In this document: positions 10,194-24,532 of the stretch, in pieces
Numbering within the stretch: the stretch's first letter is position 1
How the letters are laid out: each line of letters begins with the position of its first letter
Origin: Pelomyxa schiedti
Taxonomy: Eukaryota > Protista > Evosea
Length of the DNA: 32,263 nucleotides
Assembly: GCA_020536535.1 (NCBI GenBank)
Contig: JAHLWZ010000992.1
Coordinates: 1 to 32,263, forward strand
Direction of reading: 5' to 3'
The notes under the pieces: generated by a model
The model's database searches: none
What the model was told of the DNA's origin: nothing
Seen by the model: only the letters and a program-made list of their open reading frames with translations
Position numbers and translations under genes: made by a program

Positions 10194-11963
10194 ATGGCAA
10201 CCACTACACCACAAGGTTAGTTACAACACTTTTGGCTATTAGTATTTCCTTAACCAACAAACCATTTCAACCAAGGTCCGACTGGAACTCCACGTGCCCC
10301 CGTTCGCTACAGACATTCTGCAGTAGATGCCTTTGCCAGTCTACATTTTGCTCGCTTCAAGGTTCTTACTAGGTTGACAGAACCCCAACAACCCCCGGAA
10401 TTTACTGCAATGTGTGCTCCCCCTGTTCTCCCAGTTTCTACCTCTGCGGTCTCTGACGCAATAACTGAGGGGGAATATTTCCAAAAGCGCGATGAGCTCA
10501 TGGACGCGATGCACAGTCCCACTCCTAAAGGCTTCGAGTGGAGCAAGGAAGAAGACACTGCACAGGTGAAGGTGGCCGCCATGTGGAAGGAAATAGTTAC
10601 TCTTCCTGAGTTCAAGGCTAACCCCTGGGACCAGCAATATTTCTTTGATGTGAAGGACAGAGTGGTAAACACTAGGCTTTTCTCTACTCTGAAGGCGATG
10701 CCTAAAGGAAGTATTTTGCATGTTCACCCTACTGCAATGGGTAGCTACGAAGAACTCGTCAACGACGCCGCTACTACTGCGAGAACAGATGATAAGCAGT
10801 GGTATGTAGCCGCTCCGGGAACTTCTAAAGACTACTTCCTTCTAAAATCGCAAAATCAACCTCCTTCTGGCTACTCTGTGTTGAAATCCACCTGGGCTAA
10901 TCCTGCCCAAAAGGCGCTTATACTTCAAGACCTTACTATGCCGGATTCACCGGTAATTACTCCTGGTGATGCTTGGAAAATCTTCCAGCCAATATTCGGC
11001 CGAGTCGGGTGTCTGCTAAACGACAGCGATCTGTGCACTAATTACTACGAGAGGGCATTCCGTTTCCTAGTGGAAAGTGACCACCTATGCCACGTAGAGC
11101 TCAGAACTACGTGGTATACTACTGGGGAGACTAATCCAAATAGCAAAGAGAGCTGTATTCTCCATGCCTTGGCCAAGGTGAATGGGTCCACCGCTCCGCC
11201 TCCTCTCACAATGAAGGCAATATGGAGTGACTCTCGCCACAACACCCCTGCAGACAAAGTCAAAGAAAATATGGAGAGTGTTAGAGATACCACAATTGCG
11301 AATCCGCAAGGCGTTCTCGTTGGGTATGATCTCGTTGGCGAGGAGGATTCCGGTAACCCCTCAAGGGATTACGTGCAGCAAGTCCTCGAAACAGCCCGCG
11401 AGGTAAACAACAGGCAGTATCCACGCCTATTCTTCCACGATGGCGAGACCAACCTGCCTCCATCCCATAGTGCCGATAGCGAAGATGATAAGATCCCGGA
11501 AAGTGTTGGATACAATGACAACCTTGTGGATGCCTATCTCCTCAACACAGTTGTGCTTCCACACAACATCAAGCCCGGCCGGGTAGGTCACGCCGTTTCA
11601 CTATTCAAATCGCCGCTTTTGATACAGAAGTACAAGGAGGCCGGAATTGCAGTGGAAATGTGCCCAGTTAGCAACCAGCTTCTTCTCTACAGCAGCGTGA
11701 GGGAGCACCCTGGGCAAATGTATCTGGAGGATGGCTTGGCTTGCTCTCTAAGTCCTGATGACCCTGCGATTTTCCAGTATCAGGGAAATACCTATGACTT
11801 CTTCATGGCTTGTGTTGCTTGGAACTTGTCTCTCAAAGATATGAAGATTCTGGCATACAACTCCCTAATATACTCAGCTCTGGAGGGAGAAGAACTCTCT
11901 GCGCGCCTGAAATTGTGGAAGGGTGCATGGGCCAACTTCATAACAGCACTCAATAGCAATTAA
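10194..11963 (+). CDS. Adenosine deaminase, ADA2/ADGF (CECR1-like) family
   Basis: MPKGSILHVH (Zn ligands), HVELR, GYDLVGEED, FFHDGET, DNLVDA, RVGHA, EMCPVSN, SPDDPA. The likely start is ATG 10194 with a 60-nt intron at 10216-10275 that splices in frame into the long exon. Confidence 0.92.
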
Positions 11964-12124
11964 CGATAACCATCAAATCTAGAAAAAAAAAAAAAATCTT
12001 TTTTCAAAGGTCACAACCTTCCAAACTCGGCATTTATTCTTTCAAAGCGGTTCAACCCCCGTTGTTTCGCGATGCCGACAGGCACAAACACAAGAGAACA
12101 CAAACAAAAAAACCCAAAACAAAA

Positions 12125-13327
12125 ATGTCAACAGCAACTCGACTTACAGTTACATCAGGCATCAGTGCCCGGGCCCAGTGCCTCGCCCTCGCCGTGGGAG
12201 CCTGCAACGGGAGGTGCGGGGTCGGCAGCGGAGCGAGGCACCTCACGGCCGCGCTGGTGCGGGACTTTGCGCTGCAGTGGGCCCTGGGGCCCGTCGCCAG
12301 GGCCGTGGTCTCGGTCAGCTGCCACGGCCCCAGCGCGGTCCTGCACGTCCTCGTGGGGGTGTCCCCGACCCTGGGGGTGGCCGAGGGCCCGAGGACTATC
12401 GCCCGGGACACTGTGGTCCGCGGGTTCCTGAGCCCCGAGGTCGCCCTGGACTTGGCCTGGGACACCCAGGGCCTCAGCGCCGTGGTGCTGGGGGGCTGCG
12501 GGGCGAGGAGGGCGGACTTGATTCCGAATGAATACAAGAGCTCCGCGGCGAATGGCAAGTGGCTGGTGGTTCTGACCACGAGTGGGTGGCTCAAGGTGTG
12601 GGCTCTGCTTGGCAGTTTCCCAGCTGGTGGGCCTTGCAGTGTTAGGATAGGGTATGACTGGGTCCCCACGGATTCTGCATTGCTTGCCTTTACTGATACA
12701 AAACTTGGTGAAGTGGGGGAGGGCGACGAACTGTGCTTTGCAATGAAGGAGAGGAGAACTAGAAGGTGCATTAGCCAGATCATAAACCTTGCAGATACAT
12801 TCCGCACAAAGAGACTGACTGTTATACATACATTCGATCCTCCTTTTGAGTGCCCTTCGCAACTTAGTCTGTGTGGAGTGCTGACCCATAACCGCGATGT
12901 CTTCGTCTTACTTCAATCAGTAAATATGTATTCCGCATCAGTGGTTCTGGGCCCTCAGGGAATTTTGGAAACAGCAGAACCGGGATCTAGGCTTGCTGCC
13001 GTTGACCAATCACATTGGGCTACAATCCATCGGGGTGAGTGCAAGGTATACAATGCTGATGTATTGGTTCCAGTGAGGAGGTTCTATGCACCCAGCGATT
13101 ATTGCACTTGTTCCAGTGGTTTGTTCTTCTACTGGATTGGCAACACACTTGAATGTTCAGATGCCATAACCGGTCTGTCTTTCCTAACCTTTTCAGTTGA
13201 TGCCGTTCAGAAGATACATTGCGTTCTGGGAGTACACCCACTTCCAGAGCAGCTCGAGCCCAGTGTCCAATATCGTGGCACTGATTCCCATAGCAGTGAT
13301 TCCACTGACACAGGAATGCATTCTTAG
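12125..13327 (+). CDS. Hypothetical protein of a lineage-specific family with an F-box-like N-terminal motif
   Basis: Intronless ORF from ATG 12125. Begins ARAQCLALAV...RCG.GS.ARHLTAALVRDFALQW, followed by a beta-rich region (VGVSPTLGV, ANGKWLVV). Confidence 0.7.
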   Translation: MSTATRLTVTSGISARAQCLALAVGACNGRCGVGSGARHLTAALVRDFALQWALGPVARAVVSVSCHGPSAVLHVLVGVSPTLGVAEGPRTIARDTVVRGFLSPEVALDLAWDTQGLSAVVLGGCGARRADLIPNEYKSSAANGKWLVVLTTSGWLKVWALLGSFPAGGPCSVRIGYDWVPTDSALLAFTDTKLGEVGEGDELCFAMKERRTRRCISQIINLADTFRTKRLTVIHTFDPPFECPSQLSLCGVLTHNRDVFVLLQSVNMYSASVVLGPQGILETAEPGSRLAAVDQSHWATIHRGECKVYNADVLVPVRRFYAPSDYCTCSSGLFFYWIGNTLECSDAITGLSFLTFSVDAVQKIHCVLGVHPLPEQLEPSVQYRGTDSHSSDSTDTGMHS

Positions 13328-13443
13328 GTAGCCTGTGCCAACACATTTCTTTGTTTTTTCCCTTCTTCGCTGAAAAGAACAGAAAGAAGAGGCATCAAAA
13401 ATCAAATCACAATCGGTACGTGGAGGAGGGCAGAAGGCTTTCA

Positions 13444-17538
<4,095 letters not shown>

Positions 17539-17644
17539 ATCACAAAATTTTGAGAATAAATAATACATACAGCGGCAAGTCAAAATTGTTTTTTTTTAAA
17601 CAATAATAGTATTCACAATAGGGTTTCTCCACAAAACCCTATAT

Positions 17645-18702
17645 TCACAAGCCAGAACAGTCCACACTGATGACCTGGCTTCTTGGTGTGTTCTCATCAT
17701 CAGTCACATGGTCGACCTTGATAAGTCTCTGCTGCTCCTTTATCTTGTGTAGCTTCCTACTGCTCTTTTCCAGATAGGCCATCCTAGCCAGTCTCTGCTG
17801 AGCTCTTTTTTCCTTGAGCTGTTTGTCGTATTGAGCCAGTTGCCTTGCAAATCCCAGGTTTGGGAAAACAATCGGCCGCTCCAGTTGAACACATCTGAGA
17901 GCCACAAGCCAGTCCATAGCTAGTGTGTACATCACGTAGGCAATAACAAAGGTAGCACTGCGGCTCATTCCCCAAACGCAATGGACAAGAACTGTTCCTC
18001 CTTCATTTATCGATTCCCGGATGAAAGCAATGGCTTGGTCAAAGTATGCGGATATGTTCGCATCGGCTTGATCCAGAAGTCTGCATAAGGGAAATGTAAG
18101 TACAGAGCTAGGGGAAAAAAAAAAAAGAAAAAAAAAAGCATACTGGATCGTTGCCACCTGAATGTGGGAATCGAACATTGCCAAGTGGTCATCCATATTT
18201 GCAATTTCCGCAACCGAAAGAACGTGTGTGATGCCAAGTTCCTCCAAGAGCTGCACGAATTCCCGTTAAAAAACGAATGCATTTTCTCTAAGGCGGCGAG
18301 AAAGGGGCACACCTCGCTGTTGTAAGCGTTTTCCTGGTCGCCCAAGTACAAGCCCGACATAATCTTGTCGGGCCTCGCGCGCCTCGCCGGCACGTAGCAC
18401 CCCCACTCCTCGCTGTACGAGAAGTGCGCGTCGAACTCCTGCGGCATCACCATCTCGGTCGTTATGCCGTCGCCGTGCTCCTCCTCGTAGTTCCCGCCGC
18501 CCCGCCCGCAGTCGTGCACCGCCAGCAGTTGTGGCTCCTCCTCGTATCGTTCTTGGTCTCGGTCTTGGTCTTGTTCTTGTTGCTGCTGCTGGGGCCGCAG
18601 CTCCTCGGTACGCGGGGTTTCGTCGTCGCAGTAGTAGTCGTAGGGGGTCCCGGGATCTCGAGAGGAATCTGGGCGTGCTTGATCGTCGGGGTGTCTGCTC
18701 AT
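17645..18702 (-). CDS. Dual-specificity protein phosphatase, 3 exons
   Basis: PDKIMSGLYLGD..NA, LGITHVLSV, D...ANISAYFDQAIAFI, active-site VLVHCVWGMSRSATFVIAYVM, RPIVFPNLGFARQL. ATG at 18702. Confidence 0.93.
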
Positions 18703-19001
18703 GGTGGCCGAATAAGTTATTACTGTTTTGTTATGATTGTGAGTGCTGGGTGGGTTTTTTTCGTTCTTACACGTTTGTTGGTTTGTTTGTTTTTGTATGG
18801 TGTGCAAAAGATGTCCTTTTTGTGAAGTCAAAAGGTGAAATGCAACGAAGAAAGTGTACCAGAATCCGGTTTTATGTGTGCTGGATATTGTGCAAGATGG
18901 CTGAAGTATCGAAATTAGGAAATGGTTGGATTGATATCCTTGAACCAAACTTGCACGCCGGAACTAAAGCCAATTTTTTAGATGAAAGACTTAGGTTAAG
19001 C

Positions 19002-20712
19002 CTAGTCCGTCATCAATGACGCGGCTAGGAAGACCGCAGCCAACATACAGAATTGAGGGTTGATGTGCGGTGATGACCCGGTGATGGGGCAAGGTTCTGA
19101 TTCCTCATTGTCCGGGACACTTGTGAGCTCCGCCATAGAACAAGTGCATGTTGTTAGGGGGTTGCATGTCGAATTGAACGCAAACCAGTAATTCTGCCTT
19201 GCAGGAGCGCCTGGTGGTAATGTGAGTGTTAGCATGTATGGCTAGGGTGGAAAGGGAACCAGGAAATGGAGCTCCCGGATTCATAGTAAGCAGGACATGT
19301 GCCCCTGAATCCCGTGCAACCTTACTTCTTGACAAGGCTTGAAAAAGGGTCTCAATTGATGGGAGTGATGCTCGCATGTTGTCGACAATGCATTTCATTT
19401 CGCTGGATGAGGCAGAAGTATTCCCAGCACCGGCACAAGAAAAGAGAGCGTCATCCACCATACTGTAAACTGCATTTTCATCAGAGATCAGGCCTAGTGA
19501 TAGTCGTACAAGCTGCAAAGGACTTAGCGTGCTTCATAAAGTTTGTGGTGAAACCTCCTCACGGGAAGCTTCCCTATCCTGATTAATATCTGCAGCCAAA
19601 AACATTTTAGTGGGATTGTAGGCATCAACGTCAACAAGGGCTGGGGATTTGATTGGTTAAATAGTTTGTAAATTTCGATTTCCAGTTACGAGAAAGATAA
19701 GTTTCGTCCGTGTAGGTGATCACAAGCGCTTTTTTATTCACGAGTTCTTCAACTTTTTGGCGATTAGAGATTGGGTCCTCAACCAGAAACACCTGTAGGA
19801 GGTTACAGAGAGTTTTAACAAGCTGTTAATAACCATGGAACTTTCACTCGTCTTAGAAGCCATTTCACTGATTGGAAATCCTATTCTACCTTATTGATTT
19901 AAGATCTGCTTTTGTAATGTCACTTCATAATACCTTGTAGGTTCAGGTGATCAATTAAGTAACTTTTCTCATCAATTTTTAGAAGAAAGACAGCCTTCCC
20001 CAGACATTGTGATAAAGCAGGCCAGCCGTCTTTCTGTATAGCTTCATAGACTGTAGCACGTGCACCACGCACGAAATCGGGGGTAACAATGCTACATGCG
20101 AAGTTAAAGAAGGGGAAATAGGAACATTACGAACCGATCGGGTGGGAATATAGACGTCAGTACATAGTCAAATCCATCCCAACCCCACGTTGTAGAGGCG
20201 TCTGGAGGGTCTTGCTCTAGAATAAAGAACAAAGGGAGATGATTTCGGTTCATGTCCTTTAGATTACAATTAGCACTTTGTCATGCATGCCTAGGCCATA
20301 CACTCCATGTTTTGGCATGCAACAAGCATTGAGATACATTGTAACATAAAGTATTCTGGTCCACGAGAGCTTTTCTGTAAACTGGCAAACTCTGGCCCAC
20401 CTGCCTAAAGACCAAGTGCAAGGCACTAATGTTCTGTTCTGCAAGTTGTTTTGGAAAAGATAGTCTGTTGTAGTCCCAAGGTGGAATGGCCTGCCAAGGA
20501 GCCGTGTGGTATCTGTTGCAAAAGTGTTGTTAAATCAGAGGTTAAAAAAAAACTACGTACGAGTGACGGGAACCCTTGAGCTGGATTTCATTAAGTTTTG
20601 TGAGACCGCATTCCACACCGATCGTGGAGGTAATTGCAGCAATCACCGAACCAAAAACGACGATAGTGACGATATCGCTCCACACAGAGGAAAACCGGTA
20701 GTACGACAACAT
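19002..20712 (-). CDS. Bacterial-type Ca2+-dependent PI-phospholipase C-like protein (SaPLC1/PI-PLC-C1-like), probably inactive, with N-terminal hydrophobic leader and C-terminal GPI-signal-like tail
   Basis: Hand-spliced: MLSYYRFSSVWSDIVTIVVFGSVIAA...LNEIQLKGSRHS|YHTAP...WDY, CLLHAKTWS|DMNRNHLPLFFILE, IFPPDR|IVTPDFVRGARATVYEAIQKDGWPALSQCLGKAVFLL, ARDSGAHVLLT, NYWF...CNP, ending MLAAVFLAASLMTD. Most of it is missed by the ORF track. Confidence 0.8.
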
Positions 20713-20901
20713 CCACGATAGCTTTGTTTATGTCGCATTGGTGAGATCCGGACGTTTATAATGACCACGTTCCCGCTGGGACGCAAAATTTTGGCAATGA
20801 TTGTCTTTTGGTTTTCCAAATTGGTTTGATGGCCTTTTAAAAAGACTGGGAACATTTATTGTACAGCACGATTACTTCAAAGTTTGGGTATTTGCAAAGC
20901 G

Positions 20902-22761
20902 TCATGTGTATTTCTTGGGTGATTCTTCATCATTGAATACAGGAACTGGTGCAGAAATGGATGAAATGAGAGCCTTGAGTTGGCAAAGCACATCCAAAAT
21001 GGAAGGTCTCTGTGATATGATGTGGGTTAATGAAAATGGGGTAAGATAATTCAATTGCCGACCTTGATTGGTTCACCAGCCCAACATTCTGTGAGAAGTG
21101 TTTTCTAAATAAGGGGTAAGCTACACTTGTAATCAGAAAGAAGAGGTACCAATCCTGGTGGCGTTTTCTGGTCTTCTTGGAATGGTGCACGTTTGTGTGG
21201 TACCATGTCTGGGATGATTGGCCGTATGGTATTATTGATGATCCCTTCCATCAGTTCTCCATCAGTTGTGCGGTAAAACAGTTCCTGCTCAGTATAGAGC
21301 TCCCACAATACCAATGCAAAGGAATATCTTGAGAAGGTGGATCAGGAAATGAGAATGGGATTAGTTCTCACATGTCAGAGGCTTTAGAAGCCACCTGCTT
21401 CCCACTCAATATTTCCGGGGCTAAATAGTGCCCTAAGTCAGTGTTAGAAAAATAAAAAAACGAAAGAGACACACATGTGCCAAAAAGGTACTCCTCTGGA
21501 GCGGCGGTGCCGCTCTCAATTTTGCGGGCACAACCAAAGTCGGCGAGCTGTTTATTATAAGCATGTAGTATAGTTATCAAAGAGTAAGTAAAGACCTTGA
21601 TATGCCATTTTGTATCAACTAGAATATTTCCAGGCTTCAAATCTCTGAGAGAAGGGAAGTGGTGGGAAAAAGGAAGAAAAAGAATTTACCTGTGGATTAT
21701 ATTTTTGCTATGTATCAGTTCCAAGGCAATTGCCTGTGAAAAGGGTTAAACATCGGGGTTGTCTCAATTAGAAATGTACCACATGAAGGGCAATGTCCAA
21801 TTTTCTGAGTAGCGGTATATAGCCATTAAGCTCAATCGGGGTACTAAAAGGTTGGTGGATAACAATATCGAGATTGGAATCCATCCTCTCCAATATTAAT
21901 GTAGCTCGTCCATCTTTAACAGTACAGCCTGTTATATTGTAAGTGAAGAGGGATATTCTATGCAATGGCTTGGTACCAATTAAGAGTACTATACTGGAGT
22001 GCGGTAATGTACTGTAATAGTATTAAAGCTGAGAATATTTGGAAAGTGTAAGAAACCGTAGGACATTAATTTCATTTATAAAATCCTTCTTGACTTGTTT
22101 GTTAGCCCCTCTAGCAACCTTTAATGCCACTTGTTTCTCACCAAGGAATCCTGAGGGAAATACAAAAAAATATATTAGTTAGCCTCGCTGCCATGATTCC
22201 GTATTTTGTGATACCTCTGAGAACAACAGCAAATACTCCACCTCCTATCACGTCTTTTGGAGTATATGATACAGTGTTTGGGTCAACCCACAAGCCAGGG
22301 AATAAGTTCTGGAGCTGCTGAGATAATTCAAGTTCTCGCGAATTGTGCTTAGTACGTAATTGCAAGTGATTTTGCGGCACTGGTTCCATAGTTTGGTCCT
22401 GCTGTAGTTGCTCATGACGATGGTGATTACGTGTATCCTTCTGTCTCCGGCGTGACTCCTCACCATTATGAATCCTGGCCACCTTGGTGCAAGGCGCTTG
22501 GGCCTCATCGCCATTATGGGTGTACAGCTCAAGGGCTTGCGGTTGCGGGGCATCTACAGTGCTAGAGTTATGGGACGCGGACCCGAGCGCCGACGGCGGT
22601 TGTTGTCCCACAATAGGTAAAACCTCAGCGGTAGTCCTCGGCTTGGAGAGCGTTGTAGAAGGCGGCGTGCCGTTTTGGTAGGTTGGCGTACGGTTGTGAT
22701 CTTTCGGCGTAGACAGAATACCAACAAGCTTCGTGAGGCAAGATGAAGTTACGGTGGTCAT
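20902..22761 (-). CDS. Protein kinase, TKL/MAP3K-like, multi-exon
   Basis: IGGGVFAVV, VALKV...FINEINVL, IIHR|DLKPGNILV, LADFGCAR, HYLAPE, ASD.YSFALVLWELYT, LLTECWAGEPIK|RPSILDV. TGA at 20902-20904; the start at 22761 is tentative. Confidence 0.9.
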
Positions 22762-23212
22762 ATCACAGTGGCACAACGAGGGCTGAATGGGTGTTGGAAT
22801 GCAACTGGGGTGTGTGTTTGGTTGTGGGTTGCGACTGGAACGCTCTTTGGTTCGATTTTATGGAGAAAGGGAAACTGTCGCCTTTCGCCCATTATAAGGG
22901 CTATCTGGTCACATCACCACAGAAACCGTTTTCATCACATGGTGACCGAGCCCGATTTAGCACCGAGACCTATTTCGGTTGACTCTCAAAGCTATCCTCT
23001 GGCCCCTTCAGCTATGGCAGGGACACCTGTATCGTTTGGTTCTTGTGGAAGGCCACAGAGTTCTCAGGAGAAAAACACACAGACTTCTTGTTCTCTGAAC
23101 AATCATTTTTTTTATCCCAACTTAATCCTTCTCTTGGGAAGGAAGGAGACGAGGCGTTAAGCTCTCCCCTTCGCAAGTGGTAAAGTAGGCCGCCTGGTGT
23201 TGTAACTGTTTT

Positions 23213-23554
23213 CTAGTATCTACAGCATTAAGTCAGGACAGTTCGGAGACATCGGCTCTCTCATCGTCAGATGGCAGAGAGCAGACTGGAGTATCTCCGC
23301 CACGTAGAGTCGTCGACGTACAGATTGTAGTCGNNNNNNNNNNNNNNNNNNNNNNNNNNNNNNNNNNNNNNNNNNNNNNNNNNNNNNNNNNNNNNNNNNN
23401 NNNNNNNNNNNNNNNNNNNNNNNNNNNNNNNNNCTAGTATCTACAGCATTAAGTCAGGACAGTTCGGAGACATCGGCTCTCTCATCGTCAGATGGCAGAG
23501 AGCAGACTGGAGTATCTCCGCCACGTAGAGTCGTCGACGTACAGATTGTAGTCG
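23213..23554. other. 100-N scaffold gap flanked by an exact 121-bp duplication
   Basis: 23213-23333 is identical to 23434-23554, with Ns at 23334-23433. Confidence 0.93.
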
Positions 23555-24003
23555 ATCAGTTCCAGAAGTTGCACCTCCAGCCGCGAAAGTTCCTTCGGTC
23601 TCAGTCCCAGTGCCATAGCAACCCCAGAGTGGCGGCAAAACCCATCAACAAGGTATTTCGTTGAAACGATTACGGCCGCCGCCGCGGCCTTGTGGACCGT
23701 TAGTGGTGTCAGAATCAGCCTGTGGCGTGAAGCAGAGCCAGTCGTGGGCGCGGTGGAGTGGATGTATCTCGAAACGGAAGGCGGCTTCGTGGGTGAGGGT
23801 GATGTGGCTCGGTCGAGAAGAATGCAACACATTAGGAGGGCCTCTTGTGGCACGTCCCAGAAGTTGGTCAGTCTTCTGAATAGGCTCTCCACCGTGACAG
23901 CAGGAGCGGAAGCGGTTGTGAAAGAGAGGGAGCTCTCGTCGAGTTTATGCTCGTTCTTTCGTTGTATGTGCTCTTGGATGTAATTCGCTGCTTGCTGTTC
24001 CAT
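23488..24003 (-). CDS. Cyclin, Pho80/P-U type
   Basis: Intronless 171 aa: VESLFRRL...EALLMCCILLDR...LTPLTVHK...IVSTKYLVDGF...VAMALGL..KELSRLEVQLLELIDYNLYV. Confidence 0.85.
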   Translation of the reverse strand: MEQQAANYIQEHIQRKNEHKLDESSLSFTTASAPAVTVESLFRRLTNFWDVPQEALLMCCILLDRATSPSPTKPPSVSRYIHSTAPTTGSASRHRLILTPLTVHKAAAAAVIVSTKYLVDGFCRHSGVAMALGLRPKELSRLEVQLLELIDYNLYVDDSTWRRYSSLLSAI

Positions 24004-24532
24004 CTCGCTTGGGGGTGTTGTTATCTTGTTATTCTTTGTTGTCTTTGTTTATTGAAGAAATGTTCCACGCGTACGTGATTTGATCGCATCACGTTTTTCG
24101 TGCGGCTTTAACTTTTTCGGAAGACAGAAGGCGGCACAAATGCACATTCGCGGTACACTCGCTGAAATGAAAATCACTGATACCCCAAAAGAAGGGATCT
24201 GGCCGTCAGCAAAAGAATGAACGTCCCTCTTTGAACAATGGAAGTGCACTAAGTGACCTTCCCTTCTGGGTGGATCTACAACAGATGTGGATAATCCATT
24301 ACATGCACTGCTCAGCATCCTGGGAGAGCTCATTACCACCCTGTACTGCCTGGTTTCAGAGATGTTTACAACGAGCGATTTGTGATTTGGAATGGTCTCC
24401 CTCAGTCGAAAGAACTCCCGATTCCATTGTCCAGTGATGGTCAAATTCCACCTGATTGTGATTGTGTTGGTTCAAATTGGACTCGGCGTACGAAAAAAAA
24501 AAAACAAAGAACAAGGAAATACACAACACGAG

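Noticed and set aside
12040-12070. tRNA T-arm-like GGTTCAACCCC
   Set aside because: No D-arm, anticodon arm or acceptor stem can be built around it.
12052-12889. Long antisense and alternate-frame ORFs here and at 395-1127, 13407-14137, 16716-17360 and 24642-25170
   Set aside because: These are shadow ORFs caused by high GC or microsatellites within genuine genes, with no recognisable motifs.
19105-19150. Cytochrome P450-like heme motif FYGGAHKCPG at the end of ORF 19105..19518
   Set aside because: It lies in the unspliced frame. A short intron near 19210-19260 shifts the frame to NYWF...CNP, which fits the PI-PLC family, and no other P450 motifs are present.
23213-23554. Apparent tandem duplication of the cyclin 3' end
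   Set aside because: An exact 121-bp copy on both sides of a 100-N gap is typical of unmerged overlapping contig ends, so it is an assembly artefact.
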